A stretch of 64,000 nt of DNA, taken from a candidate division FCPU426 bacterium (lineage in GTDB: Bacteria > Oederibacteriota > Muellerivitia > Muellerivitales > Muellerivitaceae). Below, piece by piece: positions 10,342-20,400 of this stretch. The number at the start of each line of letters is the position of its first letter. The stretch's first letter is position 1. Below the pieces are notes generated by a model. It saw only the letters and a list, made by a program, of their open reading frames with translations, was not told the DNA's origin and searched no databases. A program made the position numbers and the translations under genes. The stretch spans positions 1 to 64,000 of the forward strand of contig CAVYSE010000016.1 in NCBI GenBank assembly GCA_963771075.1, given 5' to 3'.

Positions 10342-11211
10342 ATGAAATTCCACATCACCCATCAAATCCAATACGTCTACAGCAAGGAAGTGTTTGTGGA
10401 ACCGACCATCCTGCGGCTGAAGCCCCGGGATGATTTCAGCCAAAGGCTCGAGAATTACCAGCTCCAACTCAACCCCTCCTCGGCGGGGCGGTCCGAGGGG
10501 CTCGACCTCTACAACAACCCGGTGACCCTTTTCTGGCACACCGCCCATCTCTCCCGATGGGAAGCGACCACTTCCTTCACCATCGAGTCACTTCTCAACA
10601 ACCCCTTCAATTACCTCATCACCGATCCACAGGTCTTGAAACTCCCCGCCCGCTATAGCAAGGAAAACCGTCAGGCCATGGCGCCCTATCTTTTCCGTCC
10701 TGAGCCGGACGGCGGGGTGGACCAGCTGGCTGAAAGGCTGCTGGCGGAAAGCGATGACAATACCTTGAGTTTCCTTTACCACATGACGGACACCCTGCAC
10801 CGGGATTTCCAGCAGGTGGTGCGCCTTACGGGAGAGCCACTCCCGCCCGGAAAGACCCTTAGGAGAAAAGAAGGGGCCTGCCGCGACCTGGCGGTCCTCT
10901 TCATCGACCTGTGCCGTTCCCTGGGGATCGCCGCCCGATTCGTGAGCGGCTACAAGTACGACCCCGGGGCGAAGGATAGTTTCGAGCTTCACGCTTGGGC
11001 GGAAGTCTTCTTGCCGGGGGCGGGCTGGCGGGGCTACGACCCCTCCCTGGGGCTGGCGGTAGCCGACACCCATGTCGCCCTGGCTTCCGGGCCCGGCGCC
11101 GCCGAGGCGGCGGCCGTTACCGGAACCTACCGCGGGTCCGAGGTCCTGTCGAATTTGACCTATAAGGTGAATATCGAAAACCTAACCCCGGCCGAGACGG
11201 TGGGGGCGTGA
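10342..11211 (+). CDS. Transglutaminase-like protein
   Basis: GACRDLA (Cys), ARFVSGY, LHAWAEV (His), WRGYDPS (Asp); bacterial transglutaminase N-terminal domain. Confidence 0.95.
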   Translation: MKFHITHQIQYVYSKEVFVEPTILRLKPRDDFSQRLENYQLQLNPSSAGRSEGLDLYNNPVTLFWHTAHLSRWEATTSFTIESLLNNPFNYLITDPQVLKLPARYSKENRQAMAPYLFRPEPDGGVDQLAERLLAESDDNTLSFLYHMTDTLHRDFQQVVRLTGEPLPPGKTLRRKEGACRDLAVLFIDLCRSLGIAARFVSGYKYDPGAKDSFELHAWAEVFLPGAGWRGYDPSLGLAVADTHVALASGPGAAEAAAVTGTYRGSEVLSNLTYKVNIENLTPAETVGA

Positions 11212-11374
11212 CATGGGCCCTTTGGGACACTGGAGCTTTCAATACCTTCGCATCCAACTAGTTTTATTTTGGTCTTATTGGTTATTCATGAAGAACCTGG
11301 CGGACCTTAGGATCAGCCGGATCCTGAGAGCTAAATCCCTACAGCGCAGCAACCACTTTCGCAAAATCTGATCC

Positions 11375-13530
11375 TTATTTTATTCGGTCTTCCTGGCTTT
11401 GTTCCTTCCTCTTCAATGCCGCCAAGTTCTCCTTCGCAGGAGTCAGGTCCAGTGGCGCGTGGAGAGCGCTTTGATACGCCCTTTCGGCCAGGTTGTATTT
11501 ATTCTCGAGAATGTAAAACCCAGCCAACTCGTTATAAAAATGCGCGGCGGGGTATCCCTCTTGAACCGCCATCCGCATCGCCTTGAAGGAGGCCCGGAAA
11601 TTTTCAGGGGAGGGATGCCCGAACATGTTGTCCCAATTGTGCAGGCTGAACTGGATATCCCAATAACAGGCCCGCACAAGCGGATCATGGCTCAACAGGG
11701 GTTCCAACTCGTCCATCATCCGGATGGAATTTTTACGGGCCGGGTCGATGGGAAGCCTCACGAATTGCTTGAGGACCTCGTCGAGTTGTCGGTTGGCCTT
11801 CCGCCAATCCTCAATCCTCCTCCTCGTCCGGCCGTTCACGGGCAGAATCCCCAGCATCAAACCACCGTCATAATCGTTCTGGGCCGGTTCGACGTCTTTG
11901 GAAAGCCAGAACCAACTGCCGTCCGGGAAGGCCTTCGCCAGGAAGGGCTGGTAATGGATGTTCACGACCAGGGCGGCCCAATGCGCCTTGTCCGAAGGCC
12001 ATTCAGGATGATCGTCCGCGTTAAAAGGGAAACAAGCGATCCGGAGGGAGTAATCGTGGAAAACCGAAAGGTTCAATTCGGTGAGAATCAATCCCGGCCC
12101 CTGTTCCCGAGATTGTTTTTCCAGGATGGGAAAGGCCACGGCGTTTTCCTTTGTCTTGAGGAAATCCCAATAGTTATTCATCACCTCCCGGGATTTTTGA
12201 AGATGAATCGTATCAAGCCCCGTGGAAACCAATAGGATCGCAGCGAGGAAAGCCGTTCTCGACCTCCTCGAAAGTAATTCCAACAGCCACTCCAATCCCT
12301 GAACCGCCGCGAATGAAAAGAGGGGCAATATTTGGATCACCCGCATCTCACTTAAAGGCGGGGCGCTCAACAAATCGGGCGAGAAAAAGACCAGGGCCGC
12401 CGCGTAAACCCAAGCCCATTGAACGGAGGCCGTGCGTTTGGGTAAAACCAAAAACCCGATTACCATCAAGGTTCCGGTGAGGGGGTTGAAAAAACCGCCC
12501 CAGACCGGGCCATAACTATAAATGGAAATTTTGTAACCCCATAAAAAGCCCGCCAGGATTCGAGCCACCCTGCCGAAATAATCGAAAAAGGGTTCGTGGC
12601 GTCCCACGTTCATCATGAAGGAATAGTAGGTGCCGAAACTTCGGTTCAGGAAGGCGCAGATCATCGGGGCCATGGCTACAAACATGGGGATGAAATAGGC
12701 CAGAAGCATCATTCTTTTTTCAGACGGGGAAGGGGTTTTAAATGTTTTCCAAGCCACCGGAACCACCATCATGATTGCCACCACCGGCCAGGAAAAATAA
12801 GTGTAAAAGCCCGAGCCTACGGTGAGCCCGCTTAAGGCCAACCAAACCGCTTTCTCCCTCGGGGCGGCTGAGTTCATGAACCGGCCCAGGCAATAAAAAG
12901 CCAAAAATTCCCAAAAAACCAACAACAAACCCTGGTGGCCGATATGGCCAAAATAAAGGAAGCTAAACCCGGTCCCAATCACCGCCAGGTATAGCCGGGA
13001 GGTTGGGGGGGGAAAAATTGGCGGATGGCTCCATAAGCCACGGGCAGGATTCCCATCGAGATCAGGATGGGGAGCAGGCGGATCGAAAAGAGGGTGGAAG
13101 GCAAAATCTTAAATAGGAGGGCCAGCATCCAGATGAGGAAGGGGGGAAGCTGGGTCCAGAAAAAGTAAGCGCGCCAGTCCCAATGCTGGTTGAGCTTCAT
13201 GGCGAAATAGCCGTTGATCATCTCGTCGTAGATGGGCCAATTAGGGAAATCTCCGAACCAGGCCAGACGGAGCAGAACCGAGACCGTCAGGATTGCCCAA
13301 AACATCCAGGCAGGGAGTCCTTCCTCCCCAGTCGCTTTCCCCTCCCCCAGGGCCAGGAACCGCCGAAAGAAAATAACAAGAGGTAAAAGCCAACCGACTA
13401 TCACCAGCCAAAGTTTAACGTCCAAGGGGATGGGAAAATAAGAGAGGGCGGCATGCACCGCCACCAGCCAGCTAAAAAAAAACCAAACACCTAAACGGCG
13501 GGGTTGAGCAGTGGAAGGGGTGGCTGGCAA
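11375..13530 (-). CDS. GT-C (PMT/ArnT-like) membrane glycosyltransferase, split by an apparent frameshift
   Basis: ORFs 12979-13530 (LRL...PIYDEMING, PPFLIW, SIRL) and 11375-12982 join if one base is added to the G8 run at 13005-13012; TPR-like C-terminus. Confidence 0.75.
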
Positions 13531-13635
13531 ATCAAATCCTTGGTCGAGGAATGGACGGACCCGGCGGTTTATTGTATCAACCCGCCCACCGAAGAGGATG
13601 GTAATTGCCTTCCCTTCGATTTTATACTACGGCCC

Positions 13636-15544
13636 ATGGTTTCAAATCCCCCCGAACTGACCGGTCTTTCCGGCCTTACCGTCGCGGCTTTCGAGAGCCG
13701 CATGGCCGAGGAAATGGCCGATCTCATCACACGCCACGGGGGCATCCCCCGGGTGGCGCCTTCCATGCGGGAAATTCCCCTCTCCCAAAACGTGGACGCT
13801 TTCGCCTTTTACGAGCGCCTCCTTGAAAAACCCGATCGATCTGATCGTTTTCATGACCGGCATCGGCACCCGCACCTTGTTCCAGGCCCTCCTGGGCAAG
13901 TACCCCAAGAGCCAGGTGGAACGGGCCTTCAAGCGCGTAACCCTGGCCGCGCGCGGCCCCAAGTCGGTGAAGGCCCTCAACGAGTTCGGTTTCCGCGCCT
14001 CCCTCATCGCGGAGGAACCCAATACCTGGCGGGAAATGCTGGAAGCCCTGGGCAACCTCAAGAATAAGAAGGTCGCGGTGCAGGAATACGGCGTCCCCAA
14101 CCACGACTTCTACCAGGCGCTGAAGAAGGAGGGGGCGCTGGAAGTCATCCCCGTTCCCGTCTATTGCTGGGCCCTGCCCCAGAACACGAACCCCCTGAAG
14201 GACCTCATCACCGATATCACGGACGGGAAAGTGCAGGTCGCCCTCTTCACCAGCGCCACCCAGGTCCACAACACCCTGGCGGTGGCCAGGGAATTGGGGC
14301 TGGAACACCGGCTCATCACCGCATTCTCCATGATGGCCGTCGGGTCGGTGGGAAGCGTGACCAGCGAGGCGGTCCGAAGCCAGCACATCCAGGTGGATTT
14401 CGAACCCGAGCATCCCAAGATGGGTTTCCTGGTCAAGGAAGCGGCGGAAAAGGCCGCGGGGGTGATCCCCTCCAAACTCATGGGCGGCGTGACGCTTCCC
14501 TCTCCCCGGGCCGACGCGCTCCGGGAAAGCCTCTTCCTCAAGGCCTGTCGGAGGGAACCCACTCCTCGCACGCCCATGTGGATCATGCGTCAGGCCGGGC
14601 GATACCTGCCCGAGTACCAGGAGATCCGCTCCAAGGTTTCCTTTTTAGAGCTTTGCAAGACGCCCGAACTGGCCTGCGAGGCTACCGTATCTGCCCAGGA
14701 GGTTTTGGGCGTGGATGCCGCCATCCTATTCGCCGATATCCTGCTCATCACCGAGCCCATGGGTTTCGAGCTGGAGTTTACCGACAAGGGCGGCCCCAAG
14801 ATCGCCAACCCCTTCCGTCAGGCGGAGGATCTGAACCGGGTTTCCGAGGCGGACCCGAAGGAACTGGATTACGTGATGGAAGCGGTCCGGTTGATCCGTT
14901 CCCGGCTGATGCCGGACATCCCCCTGATCGGCTTTGCCGGAGCCCCCTTTACCCTGGCTTCATATATGATGGAAGGCGGTTCCTCCCGCGACTTCATGCA
15001 CACCCGGGCCCTCCTGGCGGAAGACCCCGCCTGCTGGGACCTCCTGATGAAAAAGGTCGTCGCCTCCACGGCGGCCTACCTGAACGCCCAGGTCCAGGCG
15101 GGCTCCCAGGCGCTCCAATTGTTCGATTCCTGGGTGGGCATCTTGACACCCGACGAATACAAACGCTTCGTGCTTCCTCACGTTAAAAGCCTCACTTCCA
15201 TGCTGGACCCGAAAGTTCCAGTCATTTATTTCGGCGTTGCCACCTCCCCTTTCTTTCCGTTTTTGAGGGAAACCGGCGCAACGGTCTTTGGGGTGGATGG
15301 AACCATGCCCCTGGACAAGGCCTGGAAAGTTTTGGGAGACGTGGCCGTCCAGGGCAATTTGGATCCCAAAATTCTTTTGGAAGGCAGCCCGAACGATGTG
15401 CGCATACAAACCGAGGATATCCTGCGGCGGGCCAAGGGTCGGCCGGGCCATATTTTCAACTTGGGCCACGGCATCCTGCCGAACACCCCCATGGAAAACG
15501 TGCGGACCATGATCGAGACTGTAAAGAAATGGAAAAACAAATAG
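13636..15544 (+). CDS. hemE: Uroporphyrinogen-III synthase / uroporphyrinogen decarboxylase fusion (HemD-HemE), apparent frameshift near 13821
   Basis: HemD motifs VAAFESRMA, FMTGIG, ARGPKS, VYCW, FTSATQV, then HemE motifs PMWIMRQAGRYLPEY, AAILFADIL, LIGFAGAPFTLASY, QGNLDP, HIFNLGHGI in one frame. The N-terminal ~60 aa are in another frame, joined by removing one C at 13821-13822. Confidence 0.92.
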
Positions 15545-15570
15545 GAATCAGTAACGAAATAAACCATGTC

Positions 15571-15659
15571 TTAGCCACGGATTCATTAGATGCCGACGGA
15601 TGGGCCAACGGAAAAATAAATTTTTTTACATCCTATGATTCCCATTCATCCGCGGCTAA
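15571..15659. repeat. Degenerate palindromic intergenic element (CCACGGAT-type)
   Basis: TTAGCCACGGAT ... ATCCGCGGCTAA inverted termini. Confidence 0.65.
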
Positions 15660-15749
15660 ATTCTGTTTTGCCTTTCTTCATTCGAAGCGTTCTGGCGGCA
15701 GTAATATCTTGGTTTTGACTCTTCTTAAATCCTGGGATTAAAGGTTTAA

Positions 15750-16685
15750 ATGAATACTTTCCAATACGACGCCGTCCTGCTCATCGGTTTCGGCGGCCCG
15801 GAAAAACCTGAGGATGTGGTCCCCTTCCTGCAAGACGTCACAAAGGGCCGGGACATTCCCGAGGAGCGCTTGCGGTTGGTGGCCCAGCAATACGAAAAAA
15901 TAGGCGGCGCCTCTCCTTATAACCGCCTTACCTTGGAACAGGCCCAGGCGCTCGAAAAGCTTTTGAAGGCCAGGGGAATGGATATTCCCGTCGCGGTGGG
16001 ATTCGCCCATTCTTCCCCCCGCATCGCGGATTCCCTGCGCGATCTGGCCGAAAATAAAAAGACCCGCGTCTTTGCCATCGTCATGGCGCCCCACCGCTGC
16101 CAGGCCTCCTTCGATAAATACGTGGATAAGGTGACCGAGGCCCTGCCCACCCTGCCCTCTCTTCAAATCACCTATGCCCCCCTCTGGCATAATCGGCCCG
16201 GCTTCATCCAAGCCATGGCCGACCACGTGAAGGAAGCTTACAAACAACTCTCCGCGGAGGAAAAGGCCCGCCACCGGGCGGAGCTGATCTTCACCACCCA
16301 CAGCATTCCCCGGGCCATGGCCAATAACTCCCCCTACTCCGGGCAATTCGAGGAAACCGCCATGCTGGTCACCCATAAGGTGGGGATACCCTATTACCAG
16401 ACCGCCTATACCAGCCGGTCCGGGCGGCCCACCGACCCTTGGCTGGAACCCGACCTGGGTGCCTTTATCGAGCGCCGCACCTACGAGACCCTCTCGGCCT
16501 GCGTAGTAGCCCCTGTCGGATTTTTGGTGGATCACGTCGAAGTGCTTTACGACATTGACGTCCTGGCCCAGGAAAAGGCCAAGTGGAAATCCCTCCACAT
16601 GGTCCGCGCCAAGACCGTGGGAACTCACCCCGCCTTCATCGCCATGCTGGCTTCCCTGGTGGAAGAAACCCGGGTCGCCTATTAA
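15750..16685 (+). CDS. hemH: Ferrochelatase
   Basis: LLIGFGGPE, YEKIGGASP, FTTHSIP, SRSG...PWLEPD, GFLVDHVEVLYDID. Confidence 0.95.
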   Translation: MNTFQYDAVLLIGFGGPEKPEDVVPFLQDVTKGRDIPEERLRLVAQQYEKIGGASPYNRLTLEQAQALEKLLKARGMDIPVAVGFAHSSPRIADSLRDLAENKKTRVFAIVMAPHRCQASFDKYVDKVTEALPTLPSLQITYAPLWHNRPGFIQAMADHVKEAYKQLSAEEKARHRAELIFTTHSIPRAMANNSPYSGQFEETAMLVTHKVGIPYYQTAYTSRSGRPTDPWLEPDLGAFIERRTYETLSACVVAPVGFLVDHVEVLYDIDVLAQEKAKWKSLHMVRAKTVGTHPAFIAMLASLVEETRVAY

Positions 16686-16709
16686 GGTCCATCAAAGGTT
16701 GGATTGCCA

Positions 16710-17390
16710 ATGAATTTAGCCGTGTTCGATATCGACGGGACCCTGATTCAATACCACGCGAAGCGCAACGACCGGGCCTATGTTCGGGCGATGGCTGAGG
16801 TGTTCGGGACCAGGATCGAGGACAGCGCCGACAGCTGGTCCGGTTTCGCCAGTTCGACCGACTCGGGCATTTTGAGGGAATGGGTGAGGCGGACTAAAGC
16901 CAGGAACCTGACCCGGCAGGAAATCTCGCTCTTCAAGAAAACCATGGCCCGTTTTTTGGAAAAGGAGTATGGGGACGATCCTTTCCTTCCGATGCCGGGT
17001 GCCCACGCCCTTTGGGATCAAATTTCCATCCATTCGCGATGGAAGATGGCGATCGCGACGGGAAATTGGGATTTCGCGGGGCGCTTCAAACTGGAAAGCG
17101 CGAAGTTCGACCCTATTTATGTGCCAATGGCCTCTGCGGATGATGGAGAAGCCCGGGAACAGGTACTGCGGGCTTCCAAACATCGCGCTTCCAAGCAATA
17201 TGAAATCCAGGATTTCGACAAGATTGTTTACGTCGGGGATTGGACCTGGGACGTAATGGCCGCCAAGGCTTTGGATTGGAAATTTATTGGAATCGGTACA
17301 GGGGAGAATGTCCAGGCCTTAAGGGATGCGGGCGCTGAACGGATCTTGCCTGATTTCAACGGGTTATTTCACGAGCTGGAAACGGTTTAA
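16710..17390 (+). CDS. HAD-superfamily hydrolase
   Basis: FDIDGTL motif I, ATGN, YVGDWTWD. Confidence 0.9.
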   Translation: MNLAVFDIDGTLIQYHAKRNDRAYVRAMAEVFGTRIEDSADSWSGFASSTDSGILREWVRRTKARNLTRQEISLFKKTMARFLEKEYGDDPFLPMPGAHALWDQISIHSRWKMAIATGNWDFAGRFKLESAKFDPIYVPMASADDGEAREQVLRASKHRASKQYEIQDFDKIVYVGDWTWDVMAAKALDWKFIGIGTGENVQALRDAGAERILPDFNGLFHELETV

Positions 17391-17425
17391 AAGGAATTAA
17401 TTGCCCGTGATGGGGAGGCGGAAAA

Positions 17426-18022
17426 ATGCTGAACGATGAGCGAAATATATCTTCTCCCCCGAGTTACGAACAAATCCTGGCTGAAACCAAGGCCATGGGT
17501 TTTGCGATGGGTTCGGATGTTTTAACGGGCAATTTTTTAAGGATGCTCGCCGCGTCTAAACCGAGCGGCCATTTCCTGGAGATGGGTTCTGGAACTGGGC
17601 TGGCCGCATGTTGGATATTGAACGGCATGGATTTCAAATCCACACTTGTCTCAGTGGATAATGACCCGGTTTGTTTGGAGATCCCGAGAAAGGTCTTGGG
17701 GAATGATCCCCGATTGACCCTAGTACTCGGGGATGGAAATGACTTCATCGCCACCGCTAAAAAGCGGTCCTTCAACCTCGTGTTTGCTGACTCCTGGCCG
17801 GGCAAATATGAAAATTTGGAAAAGATGCTCGACCTCGTGGCGCCGGGTGGCCTGTATGTTATTGACGATATGCTTCCACAACCGAGCTGGCCCGAAAGGC
17901 ACCAGAAATCGGTGGACGCGCTCCTCGCGAAATTGGCGGCCTTGGATGACTTTCAAGTTACTAAGTTAACCTGGTCCACAGGCCTGGTGGTCTGCGCAAG
18001 GAAGGTGGGACAAGCTAAATGA
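17426..18022 (+). CDS. SAM-dependent O-methyltransferase
   Basis: LEMGSGTG, FADSWPGKY, PGGLYVIDDM. Confidence 0.85.
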   Translation: MLNDERNISSPPSYEQILAETKAMGFAMGSDVLTGNFLRMLAASKPSGHFLEMGSGTGLAACWILNGMDFKSTLVSVDNDPVCLEIPRKVLGNDPRLTLVLGDGNDFIATAKKRSFNLVFADSWPGKYENLEKMLDLVAPGGLYVIDDMLPQPSWPERHQKSVDALLAKLAALDDFQVTKLTWSTGLVVCARKVGQAK

Positions 18023-18133
18023 ATACGAAATTATTCACGATGGCATGAAAAAAGGAAAACACAAAGCCGCGCCTTGAATCATTTATAATTCAAAGCTCTT
18101 ATTTTTTCACGGGCTTTGCGGATACCGTTAGAA

Positions 18134-19567
18134 ATGGAATCTATGGATCACTTAAGGGTCGTCATCATCGGAACCGGCGTCAGTGGCCTTTCTTGCGCCT
18201 ACCGTCTGGAAGAACTTTCCAGGGAAAATGATATTCCTCTCGACCTGACCCTCCTGGACGCAGGGCCCAAGCCCGGAGGGGTCACCTCCACCGTCAAGCT
18301 CAACGGTTTCCTCATCGAGGAGGGTCCCGACTGCTTCCTCACCGAAAAACCCTCCGGCGTCGCCCTGGTAAAAAAGCTGGGACTGGAAGGCCAGATGATC
18401 GGCACCAACCCCGACATTCACCAATCTTTTATCCTAAAAGGCAGCCGCCTCCATCCCATCCCCGAGGGTTTTTACATGATGGCCCCCTCCCGGATCATGC
18501 CCCTCCTCACCACGCCCCTGCTTTCCCCCTTGGGTAAATTGCGGGCCGCCTTGGAGCCGTTTAAACCCGCCCGCAAGGACGTCCAGGACGAGAGCATCGG
18601 CGATTTCGTGACCCGGCGCCTGGGACGCGAAGCGCTCGATTACCTGGCCCAACCCCTGGTGGGGGGGGTCTATAACGCCGATCCCTTCGAGTTAAGCCTC
18701 TCGGCCTGCACCCCGCAGTTCAAGCAGATGGAGATGAAATACGGTTCCCTCTTGAAGGCCATGGCGGCCCGCCGGATGAGTTCACAAAAACGCGTCTCCG
18801 GCGCCCGCTATTCCCTTTTCGCTACCTTCCCCGAAGGGCTGCAAACCCTGGTGGACGCCTTGGTTTCTAAAATACCGTCCGAATCCTTCTGGGTGGACCA
18901 TCCGGTCCATTCCCTGAAATCCAGGGATGGGGGTGGATGGGAAGTCGCAAGCAAGGACCGTTCCTTCGAGGCCGACGCGGTCGTCCTCGCCCTCCAACCC
19001 AACAAGATGTCGCCCCTTCTGACGCCCTTGGATAAGGAATGGGAAAAACTCTTAGCCGGAGTCCCCGCCCACGATTCCGCGACCTTGAACCTGGGCTTCC
19101 GCCGGGAGGACGTAGGCCATCCGCTGGACGGTTTCGGCTATGTGGTTCCCACCGTCGAGAAAAGACTCTGCGTGGGGGCTTCCTTTGTCAGCCAAAAGTT
19201 CGCGGGACGGGCGCCCGAGGGCAGTGTGCTCATCCGGGTTTTCCTGGGCCAGGCGGCGGTCGACCTTTTGAAAAGCCAGGGACCCGATCCCATGTTGGAA
19301 GCCGTCCTCGATGAACTCACCCCCATTCTTCAACTGAAAAGCCAACCCCTGTTCCGGCACCTGGCAGTCTATACCCAATCCCAGTCTTATTACCGTCCCG
19401 GCCATTTAAGCCTGGCCAAAAGGCTCTTGGAAAAGGCGGAGGAAACCTCGGGGCTCTATTTAGGCGGGAACGGCTTATCGGGCAGCGGCATCCCCGATTG
19501 CGTGTCCACGGGCGAGGCCGCGGCGCAAAAGATAATCGCTGATTACAAAATCCAAAAGATAAATTAG
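18134..19567 (+). CDS. hemY: HemY-type protoporphyrinogen/coproporphyrinogen oxidase
   Basis: IIGTGVSGL FAD motif, EEGPDCF, DESIGDFVTRRLG, GFGYVVP, GIPDCV; lies in the hem cluster. Confidence 0.92.
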   Translation: MESMDHLRVVIIGTGVSGLSCAYRLEELSRENDIPLDLTLLDAGPKPGGVTSTVKLNGFLIEEGPDCFLTEKPSGVALVKKLGLEGQMIGTNPDIHQSFILKGSRLHPIPEGFYMMAPSRIMPLLTTPLLSPLGKLRAALEPFKPARKDVQDESIGDFVTRRLGREALDYLAQPLVGGVYNADPFELSLSACTPQFKQMEMKYGSLLKAMAARRMSSQKRVSGARYSLFATFPEGLQTLVDALVSKIPSESFWVDHPVHSLKSRDGGGWEVASKDRSFEADAVVLALQPNKMSPLLTPLDKEWEKLLAGVPAHDSATLNLGFRREDVGHPLDGFGYVVPTVEKRLCVGASFVSQKFAGRAPEGSVLIRVFLGQAAVDLLKSQGPDPMLEAVLDELTPILQLKSQPLFRHLAVYTQSQSYYRPGHLSLAKRLLEKAEETSGLYLGGNGLSGSGIPDCVSTGEAAAQKIIADYKIQKIN

Positions 19568-19680
19568 CCACAGATACATAGGTCAAAAAACCAAGGATTT
19601 ACTGTGCACCAATGGTGCACTTGAAAATAAGGGAATTTTGGACCTTTCCGAGAGAGCCATAGCTCAGTTAGAAAACATAA

Positions 19681-19899
19681 GGGCCAGGCCTACATTTTAC
19701 ATCTTACAGCCCTTTTGGTGAACGCCCGGTCCTTCGCCATCTTTGCCTTGATCCTCGCCCATTGGTTCCCCACCGCCGAAAACCCCACGAGAAGTGACGT
19801 GGTACACCGCCCCTTCATAATGAATGCGTTTTGGTCTTGGCATGGCTACAGTTTAATCGTTCCCTTCTCCCTGTATAGTGTAATATGTAGGCCTGGCCC
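19681..19899 (-). mobile_element. Miniature, internally deleted RAYT/Y1 (IS200-like HUH) transposase element
   Basis: 21-bp inverted repeats with one mismatch (19681-19701 and 19879-19899). The minus strand from 19843 reads MPRPKRIHYEGAVYHVTSRG, followed out of frame by SAVGNQWARIKAKMAKDRAFTKRAVRCKM*. Confidence 0.8.
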
Positions 19900-19907
19900 C
19901 TAAGTTC

Positions 19908-20288
19908 CACAGCGTCCTTTCCAAGGCTCGGAAACGCTGGGGGTGGTGATTTTAAAGGGGTTTTTCGAGCGAATCGTCTGGCAATGTGTTCAAGCGGGAT
20001 TAGTTGATGGGCGAATAATCTTCATGGATTCCAGCCTGGTGGAGGCGGTTGCTTCGCTCGTATGAGGTGGGAAAGGCTCTGGCGGATAAGGATTCAAGAA
20101 TATTTAACCGCAGTGATCCAAAACATCGGGGAACTGGTGAGGTATGGGCGGGGTCCAAAGGCGGTCGGGCACCCTCTTGAGGGGGTTTTTGAGGAATAGA
20201 TCGAACTTTATAGAAAGCTTTTAGCGAAGATCCAATCTTTTACCCGTTGGCGGCTGGTAAACTCTCAGAGGGGTTTGGGTAACAGCCC
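19908..20288 (+). pseudogene. IS1182-like DDE transposase remnant
   Basis: Fragments HSVLSKARKRWG / FFERIVWQCVQAGLVDGRIIFMDSSLVEA, then LWRIRIQEYLTAVIQNIGELVRY; ends in TTTGGGTAACAGCCC, a probable right end. Confidence 0.75.
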
Positions 20289-20400
20289 GAACATTCAACA
20301 CTTTCGGGAGTCTCTTAAAGACGTTAAGGCGAGGCGGATAACGGAATCTGCCCTACCTTGGGGACACAAATTATGATCTCAAGTATGGCAACTAATAAGC

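Noticed and set aside
14164..16628. Long alternative-frame and antisense ORFs (for example 14164-15186, 15738-16628; likewise 57610-58620, 62738-63535)
   Set aside because: Shadows of well-supported genes in GC-rich coding sequence; no motifs.
19656..19671. GCCATAGCTCAGTTAG resembles a tRNA 5' end
   Set aside because: No anticodon arm, TTCGA T-loop or acceptor 3' strand follows.
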